A stretch of 64,000 bases of DNA from an uncultured bacterium (GCA_965372795.1 CBDVDR010000011.1:32001-96000); one strand, 5' to 3'. Shown: positions 50,107-60,370, numbered from the stretch's first letter. Made by a program: numbers and translations. Notes: generated from the letters alone by a model not told the origin.

Positions 50107-51971
50107 TGGTAGATATCGAAAACAAATTGAAAAAACGATGGATTCGCCCCTTACCCAAGCAGGTTATAAATAAAATAGCTGCCGGTGAGGTTGTCGACCG
50201 TCCCGCATCAGTAGTCAAAGAGTTAGTTGAAAACTCAATCGATTCCGGTGCTGACCGGATTGAAATTATAATCGAAAAATCCGGCGGGAAAGTTATAAAA
50301 ATTATCGACAATGGCTGTGGTATTGCAGAAGACCAGATGGAAATTGCTTTCTCACGCCATGCGACTTCGAAAATTTCAAATTTCAAAGACCTCGACACTT
50401 TAGATTCTTATGGTTTCAGGGGAGAGGCTCTGCCTTCGATAGCCTCTGTTTCAAGAATGCGAATGATTTCAAGGCCTCATGATGCTTCTTCGGGTTTTGA
50501 GCTTATCTATGAAGGGGGCGTGTTGCAGTCATTTAATCCGGTTCCGGCTCAACCCGGAACAACCATTGAGATAGAAAACCTTTTTTATAACACCCCGGCA
50601 AGAAGAAAATTTTTAAAATCCGAAGCAACCGAATCAAGGCATATCTCTCGAACTGCCACAGCCATGGCGATTGGAAGATTTGATCTTGGATTTTCATACA
50701 AATTAAACGGTCGAAACATGTTTTCACTGCCGGCAAAGGGCACTTTAGGCGAAAGAGTAACTTCGATTCTGGCGCCCAATCAAAAGTTTGTTCCGGTAGA
50801 GTTTGAGAACCAACTTATTAAAATAAATGGTTTTATCGGTCTTCCTGAAATGGCACAGCGTAACCGTAATGGGTTTTATCTGTTTATCAATAACCGGTTT
50901 ATTCAATCACCCACTATTTCGCACGGAGTATCTTCCGGTTACGGCGAACTGCTCCCCGGCGGACGTTTCCCGATTGGGGCGTTGCTTGTAACTGTGAATC
51001 CTGAAGAGGTTGATGTCAATGTTCATCCGACTAAAATAGAAGTCCGTCTTTCCCGGGAAAGAGAAATTCATGATCTTGTCCATAAGGCTGTAAAAGAATC
51101 TCTTCGCCGTGATGGAATAATTCCTGTTTTTAAAACTTCCTCTCCGTCACCATCCGGCTTTTCGGGCAACCAAAATTATCCGTCAAATTCTGACAGTCGC
51201 AATCGAAGTCAGGCTACAATTCCGGGGATATATTCCAAGCCTGTCTATGATAAATCTTTTATGAATGATCTGTACAAAACTCCTGTAAATCCAATATCTG
51301 AACCAGGGGTCGAAGGGGAAAATCACTCATCTTCAATAGTTAATGTTGATACAAAAACCGGTGAAATTATTGAAACTGTAACGGTCTCTGAAGGTCCCAG
51401 CACCGGTTTCAAATTGATAGGCAGATTTTCAGATCTGTATCTATTATTACAAGCCGGGGAAGATTTATATATCGTTGATCAACATACTGCTCATGAACGG
51501 GTTCTGTATGAGGAAATTTTAAAACGTATTGACCAGCAATCAATAAACAGTCAACAGCTTCTTTTCCCTGAACAATTTGAACTTAGCCCGGAACAGCTTG
51601 GAGTTTTTGAAGAATCAGAAGAATTATTAAAAAATTCAGGTTTTATAGTTGAAGGATTCGGGGGAAGAACGATCAAAGTTGAAGCCCTTCCGGCTATTTT
51701 AGCCAAAAAATCGGCTGAGAAACTTATGTTAAAAGTTCTTGATGATATCGCCTCTCTTACCAAAACAGGTCTTGATCTGAAAAAAGCGATGGCACAATCA
51801 ATCGCCTGTCGGGCGGCTGTTATGTCGGGTGATAAAATGAGCGATCAGGAAGCTGTGCACTTGATGCACCAATTACTCCAATGTGATAATAAATATTCCT
51901 GCCCTCATGGCAGACCAACCTTTATTCGACTGACTCGAACCGATCTGGACAAACAGTTTGGTAGAATTTAA
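50106..51971 (+). CDS. mutL: DNA mismatch repair endonuclease MutL
   Basis: IAAGEVV.RPASVVKELVENS.D, RHATSK, GFRGEAL, DQHTAHERVLYE, ACR, CPHGRP. Confidence 0.99.
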   Translation: MVDIENKLKKRWIRPLPKQVINKIAAGEVVDRPASVVKELVENSIDSGADRIEIIIEKSGGKVIKIIDNGCGIAEDQMEIAFSRHATSKISNFKDLDTLDSYGFRGEALPSIASVSRMRMISRPHDASSGFELIYEGGVLQSFNPVPAQPGTTIEIENLFYNTPARRKFLKSEATESRHISRTATAMAIGRFDLGFSYKLNGRNMFSLPAKGTLGERVTSILAPNQKFVPVEFENQLIKINGFIGLPEMAQRNRNGFYLFINNRFIQSPTISHGVSSGYGELLPGGRFPIGALLVTVNPEEVDVNVHPTKIEVRLSREREIHDLVHKAVKESLRRDGIIPVFKTSSPSPSGFSGNQNYPSNSDSRNRSQATIPGIYSKPVYDKSFMNDLYKTPVNPISEPGVEGENHSSSIVNVDTKTGEIIETVTVSEGPSTGFKLIGRFSDLYLLLQAGEDLYIVDQHTAHERVLYEEILKRIDQQSINSQQLLFPEQFELSPEQLGVFEESEELLKNSGFIVEGFGGRTIKVEALPAILAKKSAEKLMLKVLDDIASLTKTGLDLKKAMAQSIACRAAVMSGDKMSDQEAVHLMHQLLQCDNKYSCPHGRPTFIRLTRTDLDKQFGRI

Positions 51972-52869
51972 ATCAAAACCGATTCAGATTATCTGTGGAC
52001 CGACAGCCTCAGGGAAATCTATAATTGCTAAACAACTGGCCAAGAAATATCCGATTGAAATAGTCTCTGCCGATTCTCGTCAAATTATTAAGCATCTTGA
52101 AATAGGCACTGCTAAGCCGACCAAAGAAGAACAACAACAGGTCAAACACCACTTAATCGATATTATTGAGCCCGGGGAAAGATACTCAGCCTTCAGGTTT
52201 ATTAATGATGCCAACCGTTCTATTGCTGACATAATTTCAAGAGATAAGATTCCTTTAGTTGTTGGCGGTACCGGATTATATCTGAATGCTTTGACCGACG
52301 GGGTTGTTGAAATTCTATCTGAAGATATGTCAATCCGCCAGAAGCTTGAAGATGAAATGGAGCAGTCGGGCGAAGAAGCGATGTTTGCCAAGCTGAAATC
52401 AATTGACCCTCTTGAGGCGGCTAAAACTCATCCCAATAATAAAGTGCGAGTCATTCGAGGACTCGAAATATTTTATCTGACCGGAAAAACAAAATCAGAA
52501 TTGGTGACAACCTCGACTTACAAAAAGAGCCTTTATAAATTCGAATATCATTGTCTGATACCAGACCGGGAATTTTTATACGATTCTATAAACAAGCGGG
52601 TCGACGTGATGATCGAAAAAGGGTGGCTAATTGAGATTGAGCAGTTGGTCTCAAACGGCTTGGCTGAAAAACTTAGAAAGGCTAATGTTATTGGTTATAA
52701 TGAGCTCCTTGACTACCATGAAGATAAGATTTCCTTCGAAGAAGCTATAAGTATAATCAAACAAAATACTCGTAGATTTGCCAAGAGGCAGATCACATGG
52801 TTTAAAAATCAGATAAAAGGAAATTTTTACAATAATTTATCAGAAATTCCTGATTTATTTGTTGAATAG
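51958..52869 (+). CDS. miaA: tRNA dimethylallyltransferase
   Basis: GPTASGKS, SADSRQ, IGTAKP, VGGTGLY, TRRFAKRQITWF; start codon uncertain (TTG overlapping mutL). Confidence 0.97.
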   Translation: MVEFKSKPIQIICGPTASGKSIIAKQLAKKYPIEIVSADSRQIIKHLEIGTAKPTKEEQQQVKHHLIDIIEPGERYSAFRFINDANRSIADIISRDKIPLVVGGTGLYLNALTDGVVEILSEDMSIRQKLEDEMEQSGEEAMFAKLKSIDPLEAAKTHPNNKVRVIRGLEIFYLTGKTKSELVTTSTYKKSLYKFEYHCLIPDREFLYDSINKRVDVMIEKGWLIEIEQLVSNGLAEKLRKANVIGYNELLDYHEDKISFEEAISIIKQNTRRFAKRQITWFKNQIKGNFYNNLSEIPDLFVE

Positions 52870-52886
52870 TAGCGACTTCTTTTATA

Positions 52887-52914
52887 TAAAGTAACTGAAC
52901 TCGAAAGCCGATAA
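52887..52914 (+). promoter_or_regulatory. sigma28-type promoter upstream of mltD
   Basis: TAAA(52887-52890)-N16-GCCGATAA(52907-52914). Confidence 0.7.
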
Positions 52915-52941
52915 TTCGTTATAAGAACAAACAAGGAGTTT

Positions 52942-55218
52942 TTGAAAAATATGAATGTATTGAGACAGATTTTTATTGTTATAATCGCCTTATCTCTTTT
53001 GAGTTGCGCCCCCAGTCAAAAAATGACATCACCTGATATCTATGGAAATAAACCAGCTAAAACAAAAGTTGAAGATTCTAAAATAGATTCAAATAATACT
53101 GATTCCTCAGATTCTTCTATCGAGACCAAAGATGAACAGGTTTCAATCCCGGTTGATAAAGAAAAAGAAAAAGAATTTTCAGTATTTGACCTTCCAAAGA
53201 AAAAGAATACTAAAGCAGAAAAACCCAAAAAGCATGCGCATCATACCCACGCAGAAGCTATCCCATTAAGCGTCTTTAGTGAAGCCTATACCGATCTTGA
53301 TGATTCTGCTGAAGCTGTTGATGATTTTATCTGGCGTCAATTTGAATTATCAGAAGAATATCATGCCATGGGAGTATTAGCTAATCGTGAAGCAAGTTGG
53401 GAAGAGGCTCAGTATTACTTTGAAAAGTCATTGAAAATTCTTGCTAATCTGGATATCGAAACTGACTCATCTCTAACTCCTGAAGCTGTTAAATATACTG
53501 AAATACTTGATAATTTAGTTTCCGATTACAGGGTTACGCTCAGATCGCTGGGGACTCTTACAGAGGAAGTTTCAATGTCTGTATTAGTCGAACGGTTTGG
53601 CGATTTGGCTAATCGGTTTGATGTTGATACTCTGCAGGTCTTCAACAGGGAATTACAAAAAAAACGTACTTATGATCTTCCGATTGTAATGAACGATCGG
53701 GTGAAGAAATCAATCGTATATTTCCAAACTGTCGCAAAAGAAGCTTTCAAAAAATATCTGCGTCGTTCAAAAAAATATAAAAATTTGATGTTAACTACTA
53801 TCCGAAAACATGGTTTACCTGAGGACTTGATTTATCTCTCTTTAGTTGAGTCAGGATACAATCCTCATGCATATTCATGGGCAAGAGCAATGGGATTATG
53901 GCAGTTTATCTCTTCAACCGGTAAAAGCTATGGCTTAAATAGAAACTGGTGGATGGATGAGCGCAAAGATCCGGTAAAGTCAACTGATGCTGCCTGTCGA
54001 TTCTTAAAAGATTTATATAATCAGTTTGGTTCCTGGGAACTCGCCATGGCTGCCTACAACGGCGGACCGGGCCGGGTAAGAAGAACGATTAAAAAACAGA
54101 AAACTATCGATTTCTGGAAAATGAAATTAAAACGGCAAACAATGGATTATGTCCCGCTGATTATGGCAGCAACTGTTATTGCCAAAGACCCGGAATATTA
54201 TGGATTTACTGAAAATATATTTGAACCCGAAATTGTTTGGGATGAAGTATTAATCGACCGTTGTCTTGATCTTAAAGTAGTCGCCAAGGAACTCGGTTGC
54301 ACCCTTAAAAAGTTAAAAGAATTAAATCCTGAGCTATTGAGAAACTATACTCCGCCTAATACAAAAAAATATTCTTTAAAAATTCCGAAGGGTGATAGCA
54401 AGAAATTTATGGCTGCTTTAGATAAGATGCCATCCCCCCAAGAGACAAGCTGGGTTAGACATAAAATCAAAAAAGGTGAAGCTGTCAGTACGATTGCTTC
54501 TAAATACGGTGTTTCACAATATGCTATATTTGAAGCTAATAATTTAAAACGAACTTCTCGTATCTATGCCGGTAAAGAAATTATTGTACCGGTTCCTCTT
54601 GATCGGAACTATAATCGGAAGGCACGCAAAAAGAACTATAATGATTATGAAGCCAAAAAATCAATGTATATTGTGCGATCCGGCGACACTATGTGGGATA
54701 TTGCCAGGGCATTCGGTACCTCAGTTAGTGACTTAAGAAGAATCAATTATATTGAGCGCGGTTCAAGAATTTATGTCGGACAAAAAATGAAAATTCCGAC
54801 CAGTGCCAAGAATCTTAAGAATAAAACAGCTAAATCTAAAAAAGTATATGCATCAAACAGCTCTGGAAATAGTAGCAATAAATCAAATTCCTCAAGTGGA
54901 AATTCGACTAAGACTACTAATTATGTTGTTAAATCCGGAGATACTCTTTGGGATATAGCTCGTAAGTTTGGCACAACAACCGGTAAAATCCGTAATTTAA
55001 ATGCTCTTGGGCGTTCCAGTCGAATTTACCCAGGACAAAAACTTACTGTATCCGGAACGACACCTAACTATATCGTTCATAAAGTAAAACGGGGTGAATC
55101 GCTTAGTCGCATTGCCCGCAGATACCAAACATCGATTTCAAGAATTATGGCAAATAATGGTTTAACCAATCCGAATCAACTTCAGGTTGGGAAATCTCTT
55201 AAAATTTATATGAAATAA
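52942..55218 (+). CDS. mltD: Lipoprotein lytic murein transglycosylase D (SLT + four LysM)
   Basis: Lipobox LLSC; VESGYNP.A.S.A.A.GLWQF, DER.DP.KST.AA, AAYN.G; four LysM repeats; start TTG 52942 or ATG 52951. Confidence 0.9.
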   Translation: MKNMNVLRQIFIVIIALSLLSCAPSQKMTSPDIYGNKPAKTKVEDSKIDSNNTDSSDSSIETKDEQVSIPVDKEKEKEFSVFDLPKKKNTKAEKPKKHAHHTHAEAIPLSVFSEAYTDLDDSAEAVDDFIWRQFELSEEYHAMGVLANREASWEEAQYYFEKSLKILANLDIETDSSLTPEAVKYTEILDNLVSDYRVTLRSLGTLTEEVSMSVLVERFGDLANRFDVDTLQVFNRELQKKRTYDLPIVMNDRVKKSIVYFQTVAKEAFKKYLRRSKKYKNLMLTTIRKHGLPEDLIYLSLVESGYNPHAYSWARAMGLWQFISSTGKSYGLNRNWWMDERKDPVKSTDAACRFLKDLYNQFGSWELAMAAYNGGPGRVRRTIKKQKTIDFWKMKLKRQTMDYVPLIMAATVIAKDPEYYGFTENIFEPEIVWDEVLIDRCLDLKVVAKELGCTLKKLKELNPELLRNYTPPNTKKYSLKIPKGDSKKFMAALDKMPSPQETSWVRHKIKKGEAVSTIASKYGVSQYAIFEANNLKRTSRIYAGKEIIVPVPLDRNYNRKARKKNYNDYEAKKSMYIVRSGDTMWDIARAFGTSVSDLRRINYIERGSRIYVGQKMKIPTSAKNLKNKTAKSKKVYASNSSGNSSNKSNSSSGNSTKTTNYVVKSGDTLWDIARKFGTTTGKIRNLNALGRSSRIYPGQKLTVSGTTPNYIVHKVKRGESLSRIARRYQTSISRIMANNGLTNPNQLQVGKSLKIYMK

Positions 55219-55228
55219 GGATTACAAA

Positions 55229-56131
55229 ATGGCAAAGAAAAGGGATGTTATTGTTGCTGTTGTAATCTCAGTAGGGTTTTTCATCGCCCTCGGTATAATG
55301 GGATTGTTTTTTATCGGCTTGATGTCCGGTGACGGTGATTATGATATTGCCGGATTTGGTGAAAAGATCGGCATAGTTGAAATGTATGGCATCATGGATG
55401 AAATCTCGGGACGACCGGTTGTAAAACAAGTAGACAAATGGGCTGACAATAATTCTATCAAGGCTATAATTGTTCATATCAATACTCCGGGTGGGGGAGT
55501 TGCCATCTCGCAAGAGATATATAATTCTTTAAAAAATGCCAGTGAGAAAAAACCGATTGTTGCCGCCATGAGTTCTGTTGCCGCATCCGGAGGTTATTAT
55601 ATCGCTTGTGCCGCTGATAGAATCATCGCTAATCCGGGAACCGTAACCGGTTCAATCGGAGTAATATTTCAATTCAACACTTTTGAAAAACTCATGGATA
55701 AAGTTGGAGTAGGAATTGAAACTATAAAGTCGGGGGAATTAAAAGATGTTGGAAATTATTCCCGCTCAATGACTAAAAAAGAAGAGCTTATGCTTCGCTC
55801 TGTTGTTATGGATACTTACGAACAATTTGTTGCAGCCGTTGCTGAAGGTCGCGGAATGGATCCTGAGGCGATTTACCCTTTAGCAGATGGTTCAATATTT
55901 ACCGGTCTCCAAGCTCTTAATTTGGGTTTGATTGACACTTTAGGTGGTCTCAATGAGGCTATTGACCTTGCCGCCGAATTAGCCGAAATAAAGGGAAAAC
56001 CAAGCATAGTGCGCCCATACAAGCGTAAAAAGGTCGGTTTATTTGATCTTATGGAAAGTTTGCTTATAAAATTAGATAGAAAATTCGATAATTCTGTAAC
56101 GGGACCTGAGTTGCTGTTTTTGTATAAATAG
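55229..56131 (+). CDS. sppA: Signal peptide peptidase SppA (S49, short type)
   Basis: INTPGG, AASGGYYIA, TGSIGV, KSG.LKD, GL.D.LG. Confidence 0.95.
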   Translation: MAKKRDVIVAVVISVGFFIALGIMGLFFIGLMSGDGDYDIAGFGEKIGIVEMYGIMDEISGRPVVKQVDKWADNNSIKAIIVHINTPGGGVAISQEIYNSLKNASEKKPIVAAMSSVAASGGYYIACAADRIIANPGTVTGSIGVIFQFNTFEKLMDKVGVGIETIKSGELKDVGNYSRSMTKKEELMLRSVVMDTYEQFVAAVAEGRGMDPEAIYPLADGSIFTGLQALNLGLIDTLGGLNEAIDLAAELAEIKGKPSIVRPYKRKKVGLFDLMESLLIKLDRKFDNSVTGPELLFLYK

Positions 56132-56308
56132 CAAATAATTGAAAAAAACATAAAAAAAATGAAGATTTTATGATTTTTTCCTTTTCTTCCTTTGAAAAAT
56201 TCCGTATCATAACGAATCACAAAGGGTTACCTCACCACCCGGTGAAGTATCTCTTTTATGAATTGAAAAAAATATAGGAATATTAATAAATAGCCAGGAG
56301 AGGTAGTC

Positions 56309-56593
56309 GTGACGAAAGCTGATTTGGTCGAAAAAGTAGCCGAAAAGACCGGCCTCACCAGAACCGATGTGGCCGTGGTAGTTGATTCATTTCTTGACAC
56401 GGTTAAAAAATCGCTTGAAGGCGGTCATAATATCGAGATCAGAGGTTTTGGTACTTTCAAAGTTAAGTTACGTAAAGCTCGTAAAGCACGTAATCCCCGG
56501 ACTGGGGAAGTTGTTCCGGTTCCAGACAGAAAAGTACCTGTCTTTAAACCGTCGAATGAGTTTAAGAACATGATTACAAAGTTGGCTATCTAA
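56309..56593 (+). CDS. hup: HU/IHF family DNA-binding protein
   Basis: MTKADLV, IEIRGFGTF, ARNPRTGE, PVFKPS; GTG start. Confidence 0.93.
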   Translation: MTKADLVEKVAEKTGLTRTDVAVVVDSFLDTVKKSLEGGHNIEIRGFGTFKVKLRKARKARNPRTGEVVPVPDRKVPVFKPSNEFKNMITKLAI

Positions 56594-56610
56594 CAGATAG
56601 TGGAGGATTG

Positions 56611-56706
56611 ATGCCAAGCGGAAAGAAACGCAAACGCCAGAAGATTAAAACACATAAGCGTAAAAAGCGTAGACGCGCCAACCGTCATAAAAAGAAAAAT
56701 AAATAG
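56611..56706 (+). CDS. 30S ribosomal protein bS22 (AURKAIP1/COX24 family), 31 aa
   Basis: GGAGG SD, MPSGKKRKRQKIKTHKRKKRRRANRHKKKNK*; below the ORF-track cut-off. Confidence 0.9.
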   Translation: MPSGKKRKRQKIKTHKRKKRRRANRHKKKNK

Positions 56707-56852
56707 GTAATGCCTATTGGAATTTATTATTCACAATATGAGAAATAATTTCCATTTTAAAAAACCGGGAGGAGTAAGCCTCGTTTTATTTTAGATGTAT
56801 GCTTTACTAAGCTGTTGAACAGCACAACAATACCCGTTTATTAAAAAGTTTG

Positions 56853-56881
56853 ATGCCCGTTGCAAAACGGGCATTTTTTTT
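56853..56881 (+). terminator. Rho-independent terminator
   Basis: ATGCCCGTT-GCAA-AACGGGCAT followed by T tract. Confidence 0.9.
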
Positions 56882-56896
56882 GCCTTACTATTAATA

Positions 56897-59800
56897 GTGA
56901 AAACAATTAGTAGTAAAATTATTGCTCTTCTATTAGTAGTCTCTGTTTTGTTTCACATTGGCGAAACAGTTGAATTGGAAGACTTTAAAGTGAACAGCGA
57001 TATCACATCCCTGCCACAGACTAACCCGAGGATCGCTGTAAGCGGTGATCGTAGTTTTGTAATTACGTGGGTTGATCGCCGTAGTGGAAATGCTGAAATC
57101 TATATCCAAAAGTATTCTGTTAATGGATCTCAGGTAGGGTCAAATCGAAAAATTAATGATGACCTGAACAATGCTTACCAATCTGATCCTGCTATAGGAA
57201 TTGATCTTTTCGGCAGATATTCATTAACCTGGCTTGATTATCGCGATGGAGCTTATCCAACCAGTCCGAATATATATTTTCAAGGTTTTGATTCGTTAGT
57301 CTCAGAAGCAGGCAGTAATCAGAATTTTACAGATGTGTCAATTACATCTATTAAGGAATCGCCCGATATTTCAATCTCTCAGCAAGGGGATGGGGTTGTT
57401 GTTTGGGCGGACAATCGTGATGGTAATTGGGATGTGTTTGGGCAGCTATTTACATTTGATGGAACTTTGATCGGTGTAAATTTCTTAATCAACGATGATA
57501 CCGTAAGAGCACAACAACATGCTCCAAAAGTTTCAATGGCTCCTGAAGGCTGGTTCGTTGTAACCTGGTATGACAATAGAAATGACAGCACCGGCGATGA
57601 TATATTTATCCAGCGGTTTGATAAATTTGCTAACAAAATTGATGTTAACACAAAGGTAACAGAAGATGAAACGTTAACCCGTCAAGCTTTCCCGGATGTT
57701 TCAGCCGATGGTTCAGGACATTTTACCGTTGTATGGGTTGACTGGAGGCTTGGGAATTATCCCGATAATCCGGAAATCTTTTCAAGAAGATACGACACCT
57801 CGTTGGTTCCACTCACCGATGAAATTTTGATAAACAATGACAGCACCAATAGTGCCCAGCGGGAAGCTGTGATTTCAGCTGATAGAATGGGGAATGTTGC
57901 TATTATTTGGGCGGATTCAACCGAAAATTCGTGGGATATCATCGGCCAAATGATTGATGTTGATGGAAATGTTAGAGATACAAATTTCCAGGCAAACAGT
58001 TATAAAGATTCTTCACAGTTTGATCCTGATGTTGCTTTGGACGGTACCTATCGCTATGTAACCTGGTCTGATAAAAGAAATGGTAACTTTGATATTTATG
58101 CTTCTGTCACAAAATATAATGATCCGACAATAATAGCGACACCTCAAACAATAATATTTGAAATGCCCATTGGCGGTCCGCTCCCGTTACCAATTGAGTT
58201 GGAGGTAGATCATGGCGGTTTTAATAATCTCGGTTTTGTGATTACCGGCGGAGATGATTGGTTAACTGTTTTACCTCGTGAAGGTACAACTCCGGACACA
58301 ATATTATTATCGGTAAATACAACTTCAATAGACTATGGAACCTATCAAACAGCATTAACAATCGTTGATACAATCAACAATGACTCATCAGCGATAGTAA
58401 TTGTAGAACTAAAAATTGTTTCACCTGAGTTATCGGTTACACCGGACAGTTTATATTTTAAAGCCTTTTACGGGATGAATAATAGCCAGAGTCAACTAAT
58501 CAGTATTCTTAACTTGGGTACCGGCAGTTTAAATTGGAATGCCAATAGTCTGGATCCCTGGTTGAATCTTTCGGAAACTTCTGGTATCGCACCATCAAAT
58601 ATTGAAATCTCAACTGATATTATCGGATTGGATACCGGCCTACATATTAGTGAAATAGTTTTTGAGGCTGGAGGAATTATCGGTAAAGATACAATTTCGG
58701 TTGTACTGGAAGTTTTTCCAAACCATCCTGTCATCGCTGTCACTCCGGATTCTATTTATGCCGAAGTTTTCAATAGAAATCTGCCTGATTTAAATCTGAT
58801 AATCAGTAACGAGGGGACAGGAAATCTAAACTGGGTGGCTGAGTCAAATAAGGATTGGTTATCATTAAGCAGGTTAAGCGGGGGCGATGGTGATCAAATA
58901 ATTTTAACTTTGGATTCATTATCAATTCCAACAGGATTAAATATTGCCGAAATCAAAATATTGGATACTGCCTCGATCAATGATTCAGTATTAATCCCGG
59001 TAGTAATTAATTGGATTGAACAATCACAACTCAAAGTGACGCCTAATTATTTCGACTTATTTTCTTTTCTTCAGCCGCTACAAGATACTTTTACAATTGT
59101 AACCAATTCCGGGGTCGGGTTTCTAAACTGGGAAGCTCAGGCGTCGGTGCCGTGGCTCATGGTAACTTCAAATGGGATGGCTAATGACACTCTGTTTATC
59201 TCAACCACAGATCCAAATTTAGCATTGGGAGAATACACAGCAACAATTGAAATTACCGATGCGACAGCCGTCAATAGTCCCATCGTAATTCCGTTTATTT
59301 TCAATTTGCACGATAAACCGGAGATTTTTACAATTGATCAAGCTATTGAAATTATTACCAGTGAGCCTTCATTGGTAGACACCTTTGTTGTGATTGAAAA
59401 CAGGGGTGGGGCAAATTTAATGTGGCAGGCGTCTACTCAAAATTCCTGGATGAATGTTTCACCCTCCAATGGCGTTGATAATGATACTCTTTATATTAGA
59501 TTAAATAACAATGATTTGAATATTGGTGAATATAACGGAGTAATCAGTATCACAGACAATTCAGCTATAAATTCACCATACTTCGTCAATGTTTCTTTAA
59601 CGATACTTGATATTCCAATCCTGCCAAACAGTATAGATACAGTTATAATCGAATCTGTTCAAATTCAACCATTTGAACCAACCAAAATTAGAATCAGTCT
59701 CAACCTTACCAACGAATATACAGAGCTAAGTCTGCCGTTAGAATATGACGAAGAAGTCATACAAATTGACTCATTATTGTTTAGCGATGACATTATAGCC

Positions 59801-60370
59801 GTGCCATCCGATTTAAGCTACAACACTTCTGAATCAGATCGCTTAATTATTCAATTAACAACTAATGAACAAAACAACTATTTTAATCCCGGTATTTATT
59901 TTCTATGTGATATTTGGGTAACGGCAAATATATTTGAAGGATTATCTGTCTTTAATGCGATAGTAGAAAATCAACTTAGTCCATATCTAATTACGCCGTT
60001 GAATGACACTGTTGATCTCGAAGTGATATCGGGTGAAGTTACAAGTAACATTCCGACCGCCGTTGAAGATGATTTGCTAACAAATTTACCCTATGAATTT
60101 TCACTTAAACAAAATTATCCAAACCCTTTCAATAGTGAAACTATTATCAGTTTTGAATTATCACAGTCCGGTGATTTAACTCTTGAAATTTTCAATGTTT
60201 TGGGACAGAATATTAGGCAATTTCAGCAGTTTGGCATATCTCCCGGAACTCATGTGATCAATTGGGATGGGCGATATCAATCCGGACGTCAGGCTCCATC
60301 AGGTATCTATTTCTATCGACTTCAGTCAAATGGCTATCAAGCAGTCAAAAAAATGATCTTCTTAAAGTAA
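56897..60370 (+). CDS. Secreted surface protein: 7-repeat beta-propeller, five BACON-like domains, cohesin-like domain, T9SS type A/FlgD-Ig CTD
   Basis: Seven Q..P.I....G...V.W.D.R repeats; five WL.VS..G repeats; PTAVED..LP..FSL.QNYPNPFN...GIYFYRL...KKM..LK. Confidence 0.85.
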   Translation: MKTISSKIIALLLVVSVLFHIGETVELEDFKVNSDITSLPQTNPRIAVSGDRSFVITWVDRRSGNAEIYIQKYSVNGSQVGSNRKINDDLNNAYQSDPAIGIDLFGRYSLTWLDYRDGAYPTSPNIYFQGFDSLVSEAGSNQNFTDVSITSIKESPDISISQQGDGVVVWADNRDGNWDVFGQLFTFDGTLIGVNFLINDDTVRAQQHAPKVSMAPEGWFVVTWYDNRNDSTGDDIFIQRFDKFANKIDVNTKVTEDETLTRQAFPDVSADGSGHFTVVWVDWRLGNYPDNPEIFSRRYDTSLVPLTDEILINNDSTNSAQREAVISADRMGNVAIIWADSTENSWDIIGQMIDVDGNVRDTNFQANSYKDSSQFDPDVALDGTYRYVTWSDKRNGNFDIYASVTKYNDPTIIATPQTIIFEMPIGGPLPLPIELEVDHGGFNNLGFVITGGDDWLTVLPREGTTPDTILLSVNTTSIDYGTYQTALTIVDTINNDSSAIVIVELKIVSPELSVTPDSLYFKAFYGMNNSQSQLISILNLGTGSLNWNANSLDPWLNLSETSGIAPSNIEISTDIIGLDTGLHISEIVFEAGGIIGKDTISVVLEVFPNHPVIAVTPDSIYAEVFNRNLPDLNLIISNEGTGNLNWVAESNKDWLSLSRLSGGDGDQIILTLDSLSIPTGLNIAEIKILDTASINDSVLIPVVINWIEQSQLKVTPNYFDLFSFLQPLQDTFTIVTNSGVGFLNWEAQASVPWLMVTSNGMANDTLFISTTDPNLALGEYTATIEITDATAVNSPIVIPFIFNLHDKPEIFTIDQAIEIITSEPSLVDTFVVIENRGGANLMWQASTQNSWMNVSPSNGVDNDTLYIRLNNNDLNIGEYNGVISITDNSAINSPYFVNVSLTILDIPILPNSIDTVIIESVQIQPFEPTKIRISLNLTNEYTELSLPLEYDEEVIQIDSLLFSDDIIAVPSDLSYNTSESDRLIIQLTTNEQNNYFNPGIYFLCDIWVTANIFEGLSVFNAIVENQLSPYLITPLNDTVDLEVISGEVTSNIPTAVEDDLLTNLPYEFSLKQNYPNPFNSETIISFELSQSGDLTLEIFNVLGQNIRQFQQFGISPGTHVINWDGRYQSGRQAPSGIYFYRLQSNGYQAVKKMIFLK

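Noticed and set aside
52870..52941. hfq after miaA
   Set aside because: Only a 72-nt spacer; no ORF
56738..56794. 18-codon ORF MRNNFHFKKPGGVSLVLF after bS22 as a leader peptide
   Set aside because: No SD, no biased codon run, no other support
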